Position numbers and translations under genes: made by a program
Notes under the pieces: generated by a model
Database searches by the model: none
Told to the model about the DNA's origin: nothing
What the model saw: only the letters and a program-made list of their open reading frames with translations
Shown here: one piece after another, positions 27,338 through 38,454 of the stretch
Position numbering within the stretch: the first letter of the stretch is position 1
Layout of the letters: every line of letters begins with the position of its first letter
Assembly (NCBI GenBank): GCA_030390025.1
Contig: CM059438.1
Coordinates: 68,698,001 to 68,762,000, forward strand
DNA from: Squalus acanthias
Lineage: Eukaryota
DNA length: 64,000 bases
Reading direction: 5' to 3'

Positions 27338-29888
27338 CATAGAAGATAGGAGCAGGAGTAGGCCATTCGGCCCCTCGAGCCTGCTCCGCCATTCGATGAG
27401 ATCATGGCTGATCATCTAAACTCAGTACCCTGTACCTGCCTTCTCCCCATATCCCTTGATACCTTTAGCTTTAAGAAATATATCTAACTCATCCTTCAAT
27501 ATATTTAATGACTTCGCCTCAACTACCTTCTGTGGTAGAGAATTCCACAGGTTCACCACTCTCTGGGTGAAGAAATGCTTCCTCATTTCTGTCCTAAATG
27601 GTTTACCCGTTATCCGTAGATTATGACCCCTGGTTCTGGACTCTCCGACCATCGGGAACATTCTTCCTGCATCTAGTTTGTCCAGACCTGTCAGAATTTT
27701 ATATGTTTCGATGAGATCCCCTCTCATTCTTCTATACTCCAGTGAGTATAAGCCCAATCGACCCAATCTCTCCTCATATGTCATTCCTGCCATCCCAGGT
27801 ATCAGCCTTGTGAATCTTCGCTGAACTCCTTCCATGGCAAGAACATCCTTCCTCAGATAAGGCGACCAAAACTGCACACAGTACTCAAGGTGTGGTCTCA
27901 CCAAGGCCTTGTACAACTGCAGCAGGACATCCCTGTTCCTATACTCAAACCCTTTCGCTATGAAGGCCAACATACCATTTGCCTTCTTCACCGCCTGCTG
28001 CACCTGCATGCTTACTTTCAGCGACTGGTGCACAAGGACACCCAGGTCTCGTTACTCTTCCCCTTCTCCCAATCTATTGCCATTCAGATAATAGTCTGCC
28101 TTTCTGTTTTTGACACCAAAGTGGATAACCTCGCACTTATCCACGTTATATTGCATCTGCCACGCTTCTGCCCACTCACCCAACCTGTCCAGATCATCCT
28201 GGAGTTTCTCGCTATCCTCCTCGCTGCACACACTCCCACCCAGCTTTGTGTCATCTGCAAACTTGGAGATATTACATTTAATTCCCTTATCTAGATCATT
28301 AATGTATATTGTGAATAGCTGGGGTCCAAGGACCGATCCCTGCGGTACCCCACTAGTCACTGCTTGCCACTTGGAAAAAGACCCATTAATTCCTACTCTC
28401 TGCTTTCTGTCCGCCAACCAGTTCTCTATCCAAGTCAATACCTTGCCCCCAATCCCATGTGCCTTAACTTTACCCGCTAATCTCTTATACGGGACCTTAT
28501 CGAAAGCCTTTTGAAAGTCCAAATACACCACATCTACTGGTTCTCCCTTATCTATTTTCCCAGTTACATCCTCAAAAAATTCCAGTAGATTAGTCAAGCA
28601 CGATTTACCTTTTGTAAATCCATGTTGACTTTGTCCAATCCTGTCACTGTTTTTCAAATGCTCAGCTATTACATCCTTTATAATGGACTCTAGCATTTTC
28701 CCCACTACCGATGTCAGGCTTACCGGTCTGTAATTCCTCGCTTTCTCTCTACCACCCTTTTTGAATAGTGGGGTAACATTAGCTACCCTCCAATCCATGG
28801 GTACAGTTCCAGATTCCATTGAATGTTGGAAGATGATCAGCAATGCATCTACTATTTCTAGGGTCACTTCCTTAAGTACCCTAGGATGTAGATTATCAGG
28901 CCCTGAGGATTTATCGGCCTTCAATACCGTCAATTTCCCTAACACCATTTCCCTGCAAATACTGATTTCTTTCAGTTCCTCCCTTTCATCAGACCGTATG
29001 TTCTCCAACATCTCTGGGAGGTTATTTGTGTCCTCCTTTGTGAAGACAGAACCAAAATATGCATTTAATTGGGCTGCCATTTCTTTGTTCCCCATTATAA
29101 CTTCCCCCGCTTCTGACTGCAAGGGACCTACACTTGATTTCACTAATCTTTTTCTCTTCACATATCTATAAAAGCTCTTACAGTCAGTTTTTATGTTCCC
29201 AGCAAGCTTACTTTCATATTCTATTTTCCCCTTCTTAATTAATCCCTTTGTCCTCCTTTGTTGAATCCTAAACTGCTCCCAATCCTCAGGGCTACCGCTT
29301 TTTCTGGCCAATTTATATGCCCTCTCCTTGGATCTTATGCTATCCCTAATTTCCCTTGTTAGCCACGGTTGAGTCACCCTTTTTGTTTTATTCTTATGCC
29401 ACACTGGGATGTACAAATTCTGTAGTTCATCCATGCAGTCTTTGAATGTTTGCCATTGCCTATCCACCGTCAACCCCTTGAGTGACATTCCCCAATCAAT
29501 CCTACCCAATTCGCACCTCATACCATCGTAGTTTCCTTTATTTAAATTCAGGACCCTAGTCTCTGATTCAACTACTTCACTCTCCATCCTAATGAAGAAT
29601 TCTATCATATTATGATCACTCTGACCCAAGGGGCCTCGTACAACAAGATTGCTAATTAATCCTTTCTCGTTGCATAATACCCAGTCTAAGATGGCCTGAT
29701 CTCTGGTTGGTTCCTCGACATATTGTTCCAGAAAACCATCTCGTAAACATTCTAGGAATTCCTCCTCCACAGTATTTTTACTAATTTGGTTAGCCCAATC
29801 TATATGTAAATTAAAGTCACCCATGATGACTGCTGTGCCCTTACTGCATGCTTCTCTAATTTCCCTTTTAATGCCGTCCCCAACCTCC
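27338..29888 (-). mobile_element. CR1 element D nested in C; young, 5'-truncated within the endonuclease
   Basis: TSD GTTTA at 27333-27337 and 29889-29893; long ORF2. Confidence 0.95.
27422..29824 (-). pseudogene. CR1 ORF2 (partial endonuclease, RT, C-terminus) broken by one in-frame TAA at 28052-28054
   Basis: The 590-aa and 203-aa ORFs share a frame; the junction reads E-E-*-R-D-L-G where sister elements have Q-R-D-L-G. Confidence 0.9.
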
Positions 29889-30279
29889 GTTTAGTGGCAG
29901 GAGGCAGAGGGTGATGGTCGAAGGTTGTTTTTGTGACTGGAAGCTTGTGTCCAGTGGTGTACCGCAGGAATCGGTGCTGGGTCCTTTGCTGTTTGTACTG
30001 TACATTAATGATTTAGATATGAATGTAGGAGGTATGATCAGTAAGTTCGCAGATGACACGAAAATTGGTGGAGTGGAAAATAGCGAGGAGGGAAGCCTCA
30101 GGCTACAGGATGATATAGACGGGATGGTTAGATGGGCAAAACAGTGGCAAATGGAATTTAACCCTGAAAAGTGTGAGGTGATGCATTTTGGGAGGACAAA
30201 CAAGGCAGTTCTGGTCACCACACTATAGGAGGGATGTAATTGCATTGGCGTGGGTTCAGAGAAGATTCACCAGGATGTT

Positions 30280-30708
30280 ACATAGAAACATAGAATCTAG
30301 GAGCAGGAGTAGGCCATTCGGCCCGTCGAGCCTGCTCCACCATTCAATACGATCATGGCTGATCATCCAAATCCAGTACCCTGTCCCTGCTTTAATCCCC
30401 ACAGTACACATATCCCACCCTACCCCCGTAACCCCACGTATTTAATTCCCCCTAACATATCCCATCCTATCCCCATAACCCCACATATTTAATCCCCCCC
30501 TAACACTAAGGGTCAATTTATCATAGCCAAATCAACCTAACCCGCACATTTTTGGACTGTGGGAGGAAACCGGAGCACCCGGAGGAAACCCACGCAGACA
30601 CGGGGAGAATGTGCAAACTCCACACAGACAGTCACCCGAGGTCAGATTCGAACCCGGGTCCCTGGCGCTGTGAGGCACCAGTGCTAACCACTATGCCACC
30701 GTGTTGCC
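30280..30708 (-). mobile_element. HE1-like tRNA-derived V-SINE with CR1 tail, nested in element C
   Basis: Head GGCAACACGGTGGCATAGTGGTTAGC (A box), GGTTCGAATC (B box), V-domain-like core, CR1 3' tail; TGTT duplicated at both junctions. Confidence 0.9.
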
Positions 30709-32869
30709 TGGGCTGGAGCGCTTCAGCTATGAAGAGAGACTGGACAGGCTGGGGTTGTTTTCCTTAGAGCAGAGAAGGCTGAGGGGGGACCTGATTGAGG
30801 TGTACAAAATTATGAGGGGCATAGATAGGGTAGATAGAAAGGAACTTTTCCCCTTAGTAGAGGAGTCAATAATCAGGGGGCATAGTTTCAAAGTAAGGGG
30901 CAGGAAGTTTAGAGGGGATTTGAGGAAAAGCTTTTTCACCCAGAGGGTGGTTGGAATCTGGAACTCACTGCCTGAAAGGGTGGTAGAGGCAGGAACCCTC
31001 ACAACATTCAAGAAGCATTTAGATGACCACTTGAAATGCCATAGCATACAAGGCTACGGACCAAGTGCTGGAAAATGGGATTAGAATAGATAGAGCTTGA
31101 TGGCCGGTGCAGACACGATGGGCCGAAGGGCCTCTTTCTGTGCTGTATAACTCTATGACTCTATGACTCTATTATATTCCATTTGCCATGTTCTTGCCCA
31201 CTCACTTAGCCTGTCTATATCCCCTTGAAGCCTCTTTGCATCCTGCTCACAACTTACATTACCACCCAGCTTTGTATCATCAGCAAACTTGGATGTATTA
31301 CATTTGATCCCCTCATCCAAATCATTGTTATAGATTGTGAATAGCTGAGGCCCAAGCACTGATCCTTGCGCTATGCCACTAGTGACAGCCTGCCAACCCG
31401 AAAATGACCCGTTTATTCCTACTCTCTGTTTTCTGTCCGTTAACCAATCCTCAATCCATGCTAGTATATTACCACCAATCCCATGAGCCCTAATTTTATA
31501 ATTATAACCTTTTGTGTGGCACCTTATCGAATGCCTTCTGAAAATCCAAATACACCACATCCCCTGGTTCCCCCTTATCTAACCTGCTAGTTACAACCTC
31601 AAAAGACTCGAACAGATTTGTCAAACACAATTTCCCTTTCCAAAATCCGTGTTGACTCTGCCCAATCCTATTATTATTTTCTAAGTGCCCTGTTACCACT
31701 TCCCTAATAATAGATTCTAGCATTTTCCCTTCTACTGATGTCAGGCTAACTGGTCTGTAGTTCCCCGTTTTCTCTCTCCCTCCTCTCTTAAATAGTGGGG
31801 TTACATTTGCTACCTTCCAATCCGCGGGAACCATTCTAGAATCAATGGAATTTTGGAAGATGACAACCAATGCGTCCAGTTGGATGCTGGATTGAGTGGA
31901 CTGTGAGCTTTTTCTGGATACACGAGCAGAAATGGGCCTAATGGTTTTCTTCATCTATATCTACCTCGTGATTTTAGCCAACCTATAATGAGAGACTGCC
32001 TTCTGGAGCAAGGGCTCCAGTTCAATGCGGTGCAGTAGTTTGTGTGACCCAGGTGGGCTGAGTGTGGGGATAATCACCATCAGTGCAGGAGTGGAGGGGA
32101 CATTATTGCATTCTCTGGAAATGTATTGGAGCTAAATCGGGGAAATCGAGAAATGTTTCCTCATAAAGTAGATGTCAGTTAAACAGGTAAGCAAGATCAG
32201 AAGAAAGCAGTGATTGCGCTTTATTGCTTTTTTACCCTTACTCTTGCTCCGGTGTTAAAATATGTCTGTGACATTTAGCCCACAAAGAAACTTATTAAAG
32301 ACAGTTGAGTCCTTGATAAAGGACATCAAATAAAGTTGTGCAGTGTTACTGAGGATGGGATAAGTACAAAAGCTGAATTCATTCCTCCTAGTCATGGCTG
32401 TGAATTCGTTTTATGAAAGAAAAGGCAATATTTCAAAGTTCCAGCAGAGCATAGATTTTCTGATGTGCGCCAGTAAGCCTTCACACCATACATTCACTTT
32501 GATCTATTCTTGAAGAAATGATGCTTCCTTTCCTGAACAATGAAAGAATTGGCAGAGCATTAGTTATGTTCCAAGTGATATCCTTTCATTTAGTGAATGC
32601 ATACGGTGTTAACATGCACGTAGTGAGTCTTCAACTTTTTTTAAATTACCAAGAACTTCTATGTACTGTTTTTTCATGCACGTAATTGTCAAGTGCTTCC
32701 CCCAGGCAGCACTGGCGGCTGACTGCTCCGCCAAAGGTGAATTCAGAAGTTGGGCTGCATGCATCTGAGGGAAGAACATTGGCCAGGGTGCATAAAAGAA
32801 CTCGCTGGGGTAAAATGGTACCACATCCGAACATGAGTCACTGCCTGCAGAAGAGGACAAGAGAAGGCC

Positions 32870-33546
32870 TAATGGGCGTCCCCAAGCAGCTCGGCGAAGA
32901 AGAGGCCTCCAAGATCGAGCCGCTGCATCACTGGCAGCAACCCTCAGGAAATTCCAAGGGATCGGGATGGGGGGCGGGGCGGCGCAGGTGAGGGGCGCGA
33001 TAGGGAGGGTGGTGATCAGGAGAGCTGATAGTGGTGGCCAGGATCAGGAAGGGTATTGGTGGTCGGGATCGGGGTGGGTGGGCGGGTGGCGGTGGTGATC
33101 AGGGGGGCGGGGGCAGATGTCACGATCGGAGGGGTCAAAGTCGCGATCGGAGAGCTGTGGCCAGCAGCGGCACGCAGTTTTAATGCAGGGTCGGGAGGAG
33201 TAGCCTGCTCCTCCTGGCCCCACATTCAGGTAACTATATTTTAAACACTTACCTTGTTGGTTGTAGCTTGCAGCGGTCCCTTTAAGGACCGCCTCTTAGA
33301 CCGTTACAGACCTGGTTTTCCTGAATGCATCCTGCACCTGCGCAAACCGATATTGCTAAGGAGGCCTTAAAAAGTGGTGAGGCCCTTTATTTGTATATGC
33401 AAGGGGCCTGTATCAGGCACAGGCCCAGGAGTCCTATTTTTTTACCTGTACGACTATGGCGGGCAGCGCACTTCCGCCATATTGGAGGCTTAGGCGCTTG
33501 TTTAGCAGCTAAAAAAACAGGCGCGATGCCGTCCAATTTCTAGGCC
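32870..33546. mobile_element. Harbinger-type MITE, family H5 (left end unclear)
   Basis: Right end CCAATTTCTAGGCC; CCTGCTCCTCCTGGCCCC core; inverted homologue at 51670-52230. Confidence 0.7.
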
Positions 33547-33721
33547 TCTGTTTTTCTTCAAATAGTGTAATGGGATTTTTAGCATCTGCCTGTGTTGGTT
33601 TCACCTATTATACATCACTGCACTGTTGAGCCACACATTTCACTGGTCCTGGTGTGACAACGAAACAGCTTAGATTGTCATTCTGCATTTGTGTAAATTT
33701 AGTGGAAAAATGTAATTTCAA

Positions 33722-34946
33722 TACAGATTTAATAGCAGGGAGGGAAGAAGATCGACCGAAAGCGACCGAAGAACCCGGCTAGGCCGGGGACGCGGAGGTT
33801 CTGTTGAATTTAACGGCAGGACCTCATTCTAATTTTTTTCTTCCCATTCCCGCCCGCCTGACAGATGACCAAATTGACAGGCCGGCCGTCTGCCGGGCAG
33901 GGAAACCTTTGGCAACAGGCCACAGCTGGTGACCCTTGGAGATAGTCTCTAGCAACTGGGAGGTGGGCAGGCTGCAGATCAGGGCTTGGGAGGGCAGTGG
34001 GGGGGAGGGGTGGGGTGGGGTCAGCCAAGAACACGACAGGGGAGCATGATGCAGATCAGATCGGGGGAGGTGGGGGGAGGTCGCCAATCGCGTCAGGGAC
34101 TAGAGAGGTGCCACGATCGGCAGAAGGGAGGCTAAAGACTTCCTTGTGGGGCTGCGGGGAGCAATCCTGCTCCTCCTGGCCCATAAGGAGTGCTGTAAAA
34201 AGCACTTAACTTCTGGAGGCAGCAGCTCCTACCTCCATTTTACTGCCTGGTTTTCCGAGCCTTGGGAAACCCACGCAGCAGCAGGTAACTTTAAATCAGG
34301 CTCCCAATTGCACTGTAGAAGCTTGATTTAAATATGTTAATGGTCCTGCCTCTCCAAGAACATAAGAATATAAGAAATTGGAGCTGGAGTAGGCCATACG
34401 GCCCCTCAAGCCTGCTCTGCCATTCAATAAGATCATGGCTGATCTTTGATCTCAACTCCACTCTCCCGTCCAATCCCCATATCCCTTGATTCTCTTAGTA
34501 CCCGAAAGTTTAGCGATCTCAAACTTGAATATACTCATTGACTGAGCATCCACAGCCCTTTTGGGTAGAGAATTCCACAGATTCACAACCTCCTGAGACT
34601 ATGACCCCTAGTTCTAGACACTCCAGCCAGGAGAAACTCTCAGCATCTACCCTGTCAAGCCCTCTAAGAATTTTATATACATGGAGGTGGGAGCTGCCAG
34701 CTCTGGAAGCTAATGTTTTTTACAGCACGCCTTGTGGGTCAGGTGGAGCAGGAGTGCTTCCCCCCAGCCCCACAAAGAAACCTTCGGCCTCCCTTCTGCG
34801 AGCCACTCGCACGCCACTCTACCCACACCCGTAAAAATGCCAGCAGGCGCACATTTGTTGGTTGGGGTGGCGTTTCGCATTTTTTAGGGTTTAACCACCT
34901 CCTCTGACCTCCTTCCACCCGTCCTGGGTGGTTTAATATCGAGCCC
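33722..34946. mobile_element. Harbinger-type MITE interrupted by a CR1 3' end
   Basis: Right end TTAATATCGAGCCC; CCTGCTCCTCCTGGCCC core; continuity across the CR1 insert is inferred. Confidence 0.6.
34357..34680 (-). mobile_element. CR1 3' end with internal deletions
   Basis: AAGAACATAAGAA tail; matches the 3' end of element A. Confidence 0.9.
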
Positions 34947-35569
34947 AATGTATCCTTATTCTGGGCTAGATTCATAGCCAGGTCCAAGTTTGAAAGGGCA
35001 CTGTGATGCTAATAATCTCACGTAGACCCCACACCTGCATAACGTTTGTGTTTTCACAGTTGCGTTTAGTTACCCTGGACACAGTAAGTAATGAAACTGA
35101 AAGCTTTATGTGAGCACGGAATCGTCAGTTTCTGTGGAAGGGATGTGATAAATTGGTGCAATAACTGTTCCACTGGGAGATACTAGTGTACAGGGATTTC
35201 TAGAAGAACAAGCTTTCATCATCCAACCACAGTAGCCTCCTGTTATTATGGATACTGTGTATAAACTTCCTTGCAAATTAATTTCCATTATATCAGTCAG
35301 CAGTATAAGTGACAGAATAGGTGTATAACATATTTATGGGCATGTCAGTTGGTACTGCAGTGGAGTCTCAATCACTCTGAAAAACAGCAAGAAATTCTCA
35401 AATCCTCACAAAAATACTAACTGTTGACATACAGATTTTATACACTGCATAAAAAAATGAATCTGAGGGAGGTGCTTGTGCAAAGTATTCAATCTTCACA
35501 TTAGCAGTTTATGACGTTCCAAGGATTCATTTAGTTATAGACGCTGAATGATTTACACAAGTACCTTTT

Positions 35570-36109
35570 GGCCTAGAGCTTCAGCTTGTTTGCGCTGGCT
35601 CACCTGAAATCGGCCAAACCAGCGCAAAAGATCACAGACTTTTAAGTGCAGCTTGCATCGAGCGTAAATCGAGTTTCCGCGGTCTTTAACGCTGGTTTAA
35701 ATAACATCGCGCTGGAAGCTGGCCCCGCCCACAAAACCAGCCACAACCCCAGATCAAAATAATGAGGGCGGCGCGTTACCACCGATTGCGCTCGTTCAAG
35801 GTGGCTCTTCAAATAGAGCTCAGTGTGCTTCAGTATAGTTTTTTAAGTCATTTTCAGTGATTAAAAATCAGGTTACTCACAGGTGGTGGACAAGGCAATT
35901 ATTAAAAATGCTTCTTTTTTGTGATAAACCCAATTATGTTCTATAACGCTGACCGATTCTGTTGGTTCATGGACGATTTTACGTTTGTGATCAGGCAGAT
36001 GAGTTTGAGCGGAAACTTGAACCAGAACTTCACTTCGTAAAACCAACGTAATTTCAAGCGCAGTTTGCTCCCAGATTGTCGATTGTGCCCAAAGCGGAAA
36101 CTTTACCCC
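35570..36109. mobile_element. TIR MITE, family H6
   Basis: Ends GGCCTAGAGCTT and AAACTTTACCCC; inverted homologue at 49986-51250. Confidence 0.75.
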
Positions 36110-36161
36110 ATCATATTTATATCAATAAAAATTCGGGATGGACAGAAACATATAATTTAGC

Positions 36162-36714
36162 ACAAAAAAAACACTGGAAATCCGAAATAAAAACAGAAAA
36201 TGCTGGAAATAGTCAGCAGGTCAGGCAGCATCTGTGGAGAGAGAAACAGAGTTAACGTTTCAGGTCGATGACCTTTCGTCAGAACTGAAAACAGTTAGAG
36301 ATTTAACAGGTTTTAAGCAAGTGTAGAGGCAGGGAAAGGGGGGGAGGGGAGGAAAGAACAATGGGGAAGGTCTGTGATAGGGTGGAAGGCAGGAGAGATT
36401 AAAAGACAAAAGGGATGATGGTGCAAGGCGAAAGGAGATGGTAATGGGACAAGTAAAGAAGCAAAAGATGAGTCTAGAAGCGGTGAAAATGGGAATAGCA
36501 GAATCACATTGAGCTTCATTGGAACAGTGTAAGAGGTCAACGACAGAGAGGTCAGAGTGGGAGTGGGGCGGAGAATTATAGTGACAGGTGACCGGTAGCT
36601 TGGGGTCATGCATGCGGACTGAACGAAGGTGTTCAGGAAAGCAGTCACCCAATCTGCATTTGGTCTCCCCAAAGTAGAGGAGACCACATCATGAGCAGCG
36701 AATACAGTATACTA
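36162..36714 (-). mobile_element. Penelope-like element 3' part: GIY-YIG endonuclease relic plus pseudo-LTR
   Basis: VYCIRCS*CGLLYFGETKCRLGDCFPEHLRSV...HYNSPPHS (GIY-YIG type) followed by a hammerhead motif. Confidence 0.88.
36250..36286 (-). ncRNA. Minimal type I hammerhead ribozyme motif (second Penelope family)
   Basis: AGTT-CTGACGA-A-AGGTC(atc)GACCT-GAAA-CGTT-AACT; palindromic ACGT stem III. Confidence 0.8.
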
Positions 36715-36852
36715 AGCTTCAGGTCGCTTCCGGTCATCTGTCACTTTAATTCTCCGCTCCAATCCCACTCCGACCTCTTTGTCTTCGGCTTCCGACACTA
36801 TTCCAACGAAGTTCAACGTAAACTCGAGGAACAGCACCTCATCTTTCAATTA

Positions 36853-37015
36853 TGAGAAGTCGCACAACACCAGGTTATAGTCCAACAGTTTTTTTTGAAA
36901 TCACAAGCTTTCGGAGCTGCTGCCCCTTCGTCAGGTGAAGTGAAGGAATACGAATCAGCAAAGCATATATAGACAGAGAACTTTTGTCCACCCCAGTCCA
37001 ACACCGGCATCTCGG
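36853..37015 (-). mobile_element. Mini Penelope-like insertion, same family as 14156-14353
   Basis: 13-bp flanking duplication CATCTTTCAATTA (36840-36852 and 37016-37028); same terminal sequences. Confidence 0.85.
36901..36938 (-). ncRNA. Minimal type I hammerhead ribozyme motif
   Basis: TCAC-CTGACGA-A-GGGGC(agca)GCTCC-GAAA-GCTT-GTGA. Confidence 0.8.
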
Positions 37016-37670
37016 CATCTTTCAATTAGGCACTTTACAGCCTTCTCGACTCAACATCGAGTTTAACAATTTCAGACCATAACCTCTGCTCCTATTTTTT
37101 TCACATGGCAGCTGTTGATGGTTCTGCTATTCTTATTTACACCTCTTCTACACCCATCTTTTGTTCCTTTACTTGTCCCATTAGCATCTCCTTTTGCCTC
37201 GCACCATCATCCCTTTTGTCTTTTAATAAAGAGTACAACAGGAATGGGAAATGGAAATGTAACATATATGTGATGTCCTTTTGAGGCCGGTATTAAGGCA
37301 TGTTCATGTTTAGGCAATGAATCAGAAAGAACTGTACCTCTTATTCAATCTAAGCTGTGTCTGAGCTGGTGAATGTTGAGTGAGGTTGGATTCAAAAAGT
37401 GATAAAACAATATCTGTCACTGTGATGGACACAAAACTCTTTGCCCTCCACAGGAAAAGCATGCATCGAAACAAGCTATTCTTGTCACTTTTACCTGGAC
37501 TAAGTTATAAGTTAACAGAAACAGAGCTGACTTGTCATGTGAGCTGATGTGGAATTTTATGTTTGATCCCAAATATACACCAGCCCACTTCTACTATTAC
37601 AATGACAGCAATTTTATGTTTCTCATTTAAATCAGTTTTCAAAGAAATCTATTGCCACTCATTAACCGTG

Positions 37671-37993
37671 AAAGAAAGAAAAACTTGCATTTATACAGCA
37701 CATTCCACAAACTCAGGACGTCCCAAAGCACTTTACAGCCAATGAAGGTATTTTTTCAAATATAGTCACTCTTGTAATGTAGGAAATGTGGCAGCCAATT
37801 TGCACACAGCAAGATCCCACAAACAGCAATGTGTTAATGGCCAGATAATCTGTTTTTTTAGTGATGCTGATTCAGGGATGAATATTGGCCAGGACGCTGG
37901 GGATAACGCCCCTGCTCTTCTTCGAAATAGTGTCGTGGGATCTTTCACGCCCACCTGAGAGAGCAGACGGGGCCTCGGTTTAACGCCTCATCC
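37671..37993 (-). mobile_element. SacSINE1-like Deu-SINE, 5'-truncated
   Basis: Reverse complement of the body and tail of 44704-45145. Confidence 0.88.
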
Positions 37994-38084
37994 TGGACTG
38001 GTTCAGACCTAGACTCTGGCAGGAGAGTGAACTTATTTAGCTGTGATCTTGTAAATATCACTGCTTGTATTTACAAGTCTTATG

Positions 38085-38412
38085 GAGCGCTCCTGCTCCT
38101 CCTGGCCCCCCCCCAAAATATCTTTAGACCTACTCTTCTCTTCTCATCAGGTTTTACTGAGCAGAGTGCCCACGGCACATGCTCTGCCCAGTAGGTCCTC
38201 AAAATTGCCTCGAGGTCCTATATATGTCATAAGTTCCTTATTTGCAGAGATTAATGAGGCTTCCAACTGATTCAGGCAGGCGTCTGGACTGCCCTGTGGA
38301 AGGCCTGAGTTAAAATGGCAGTGGAGTGGGAACGGGCTGGTAAGTCAACCACGTCGATTTTAATTCCATTACCGCCCCATTTCGGCAAGGCAGAAGAAGT
38401 TAAAATTGCTCC
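38085..38412. mobile_element. Harbinger-type MITE fragment
   Basis: CTCCTGCTCCTCCTGGCCCC core; right end TTAAAATTGCTCC. Confidence 0.6.
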
Positions 38413-38454
38413 TATTATCTTCACTGCATAGGTTACTCTTTTACTAGACTATAT

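Larger units (their letters stand above)
24619..31169 (+). mobile_element. CR1 element C nested in A; near full length (ORF1 part, ORF2, 3' UTR), itself split by D and a SINE
   Basis: ORF1 esterase; APE motifs ITETW, YYRPP, GDFN, SDHN; RT; (CTCTATGA)n tail; short TSD TATT. Confidence 0.92.
21742..31876 (-). mobile_element. CR1 element A, in three pieces (21742-22386, 24454-24618, 31170-31876); host of the nested stack
   Basis: (ACATAAGA)n tail; pieces rejoin into continuous ORF2 sequence; TSD CAGTT at 21737-21741 and 31877-31881. Confidence 0.88.
36720..37227 (+). mobile_element. Penelope-like fragment, inverted relative to 36162-36714, split by a mini element
   Basis: CHFNSP...QRKLEEQHLIFQL|GTLQPSRLNIEFNNFR. 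Confidence 0.85.

Noticed and set aside
28110..29171. Long ORFs antisense to CR1 RT (also 359-859, 15136-15633, 23887-24225, 26598-26996)
   Set aside because: Recurrent antisense shadows of LINE ORF2 codon usage
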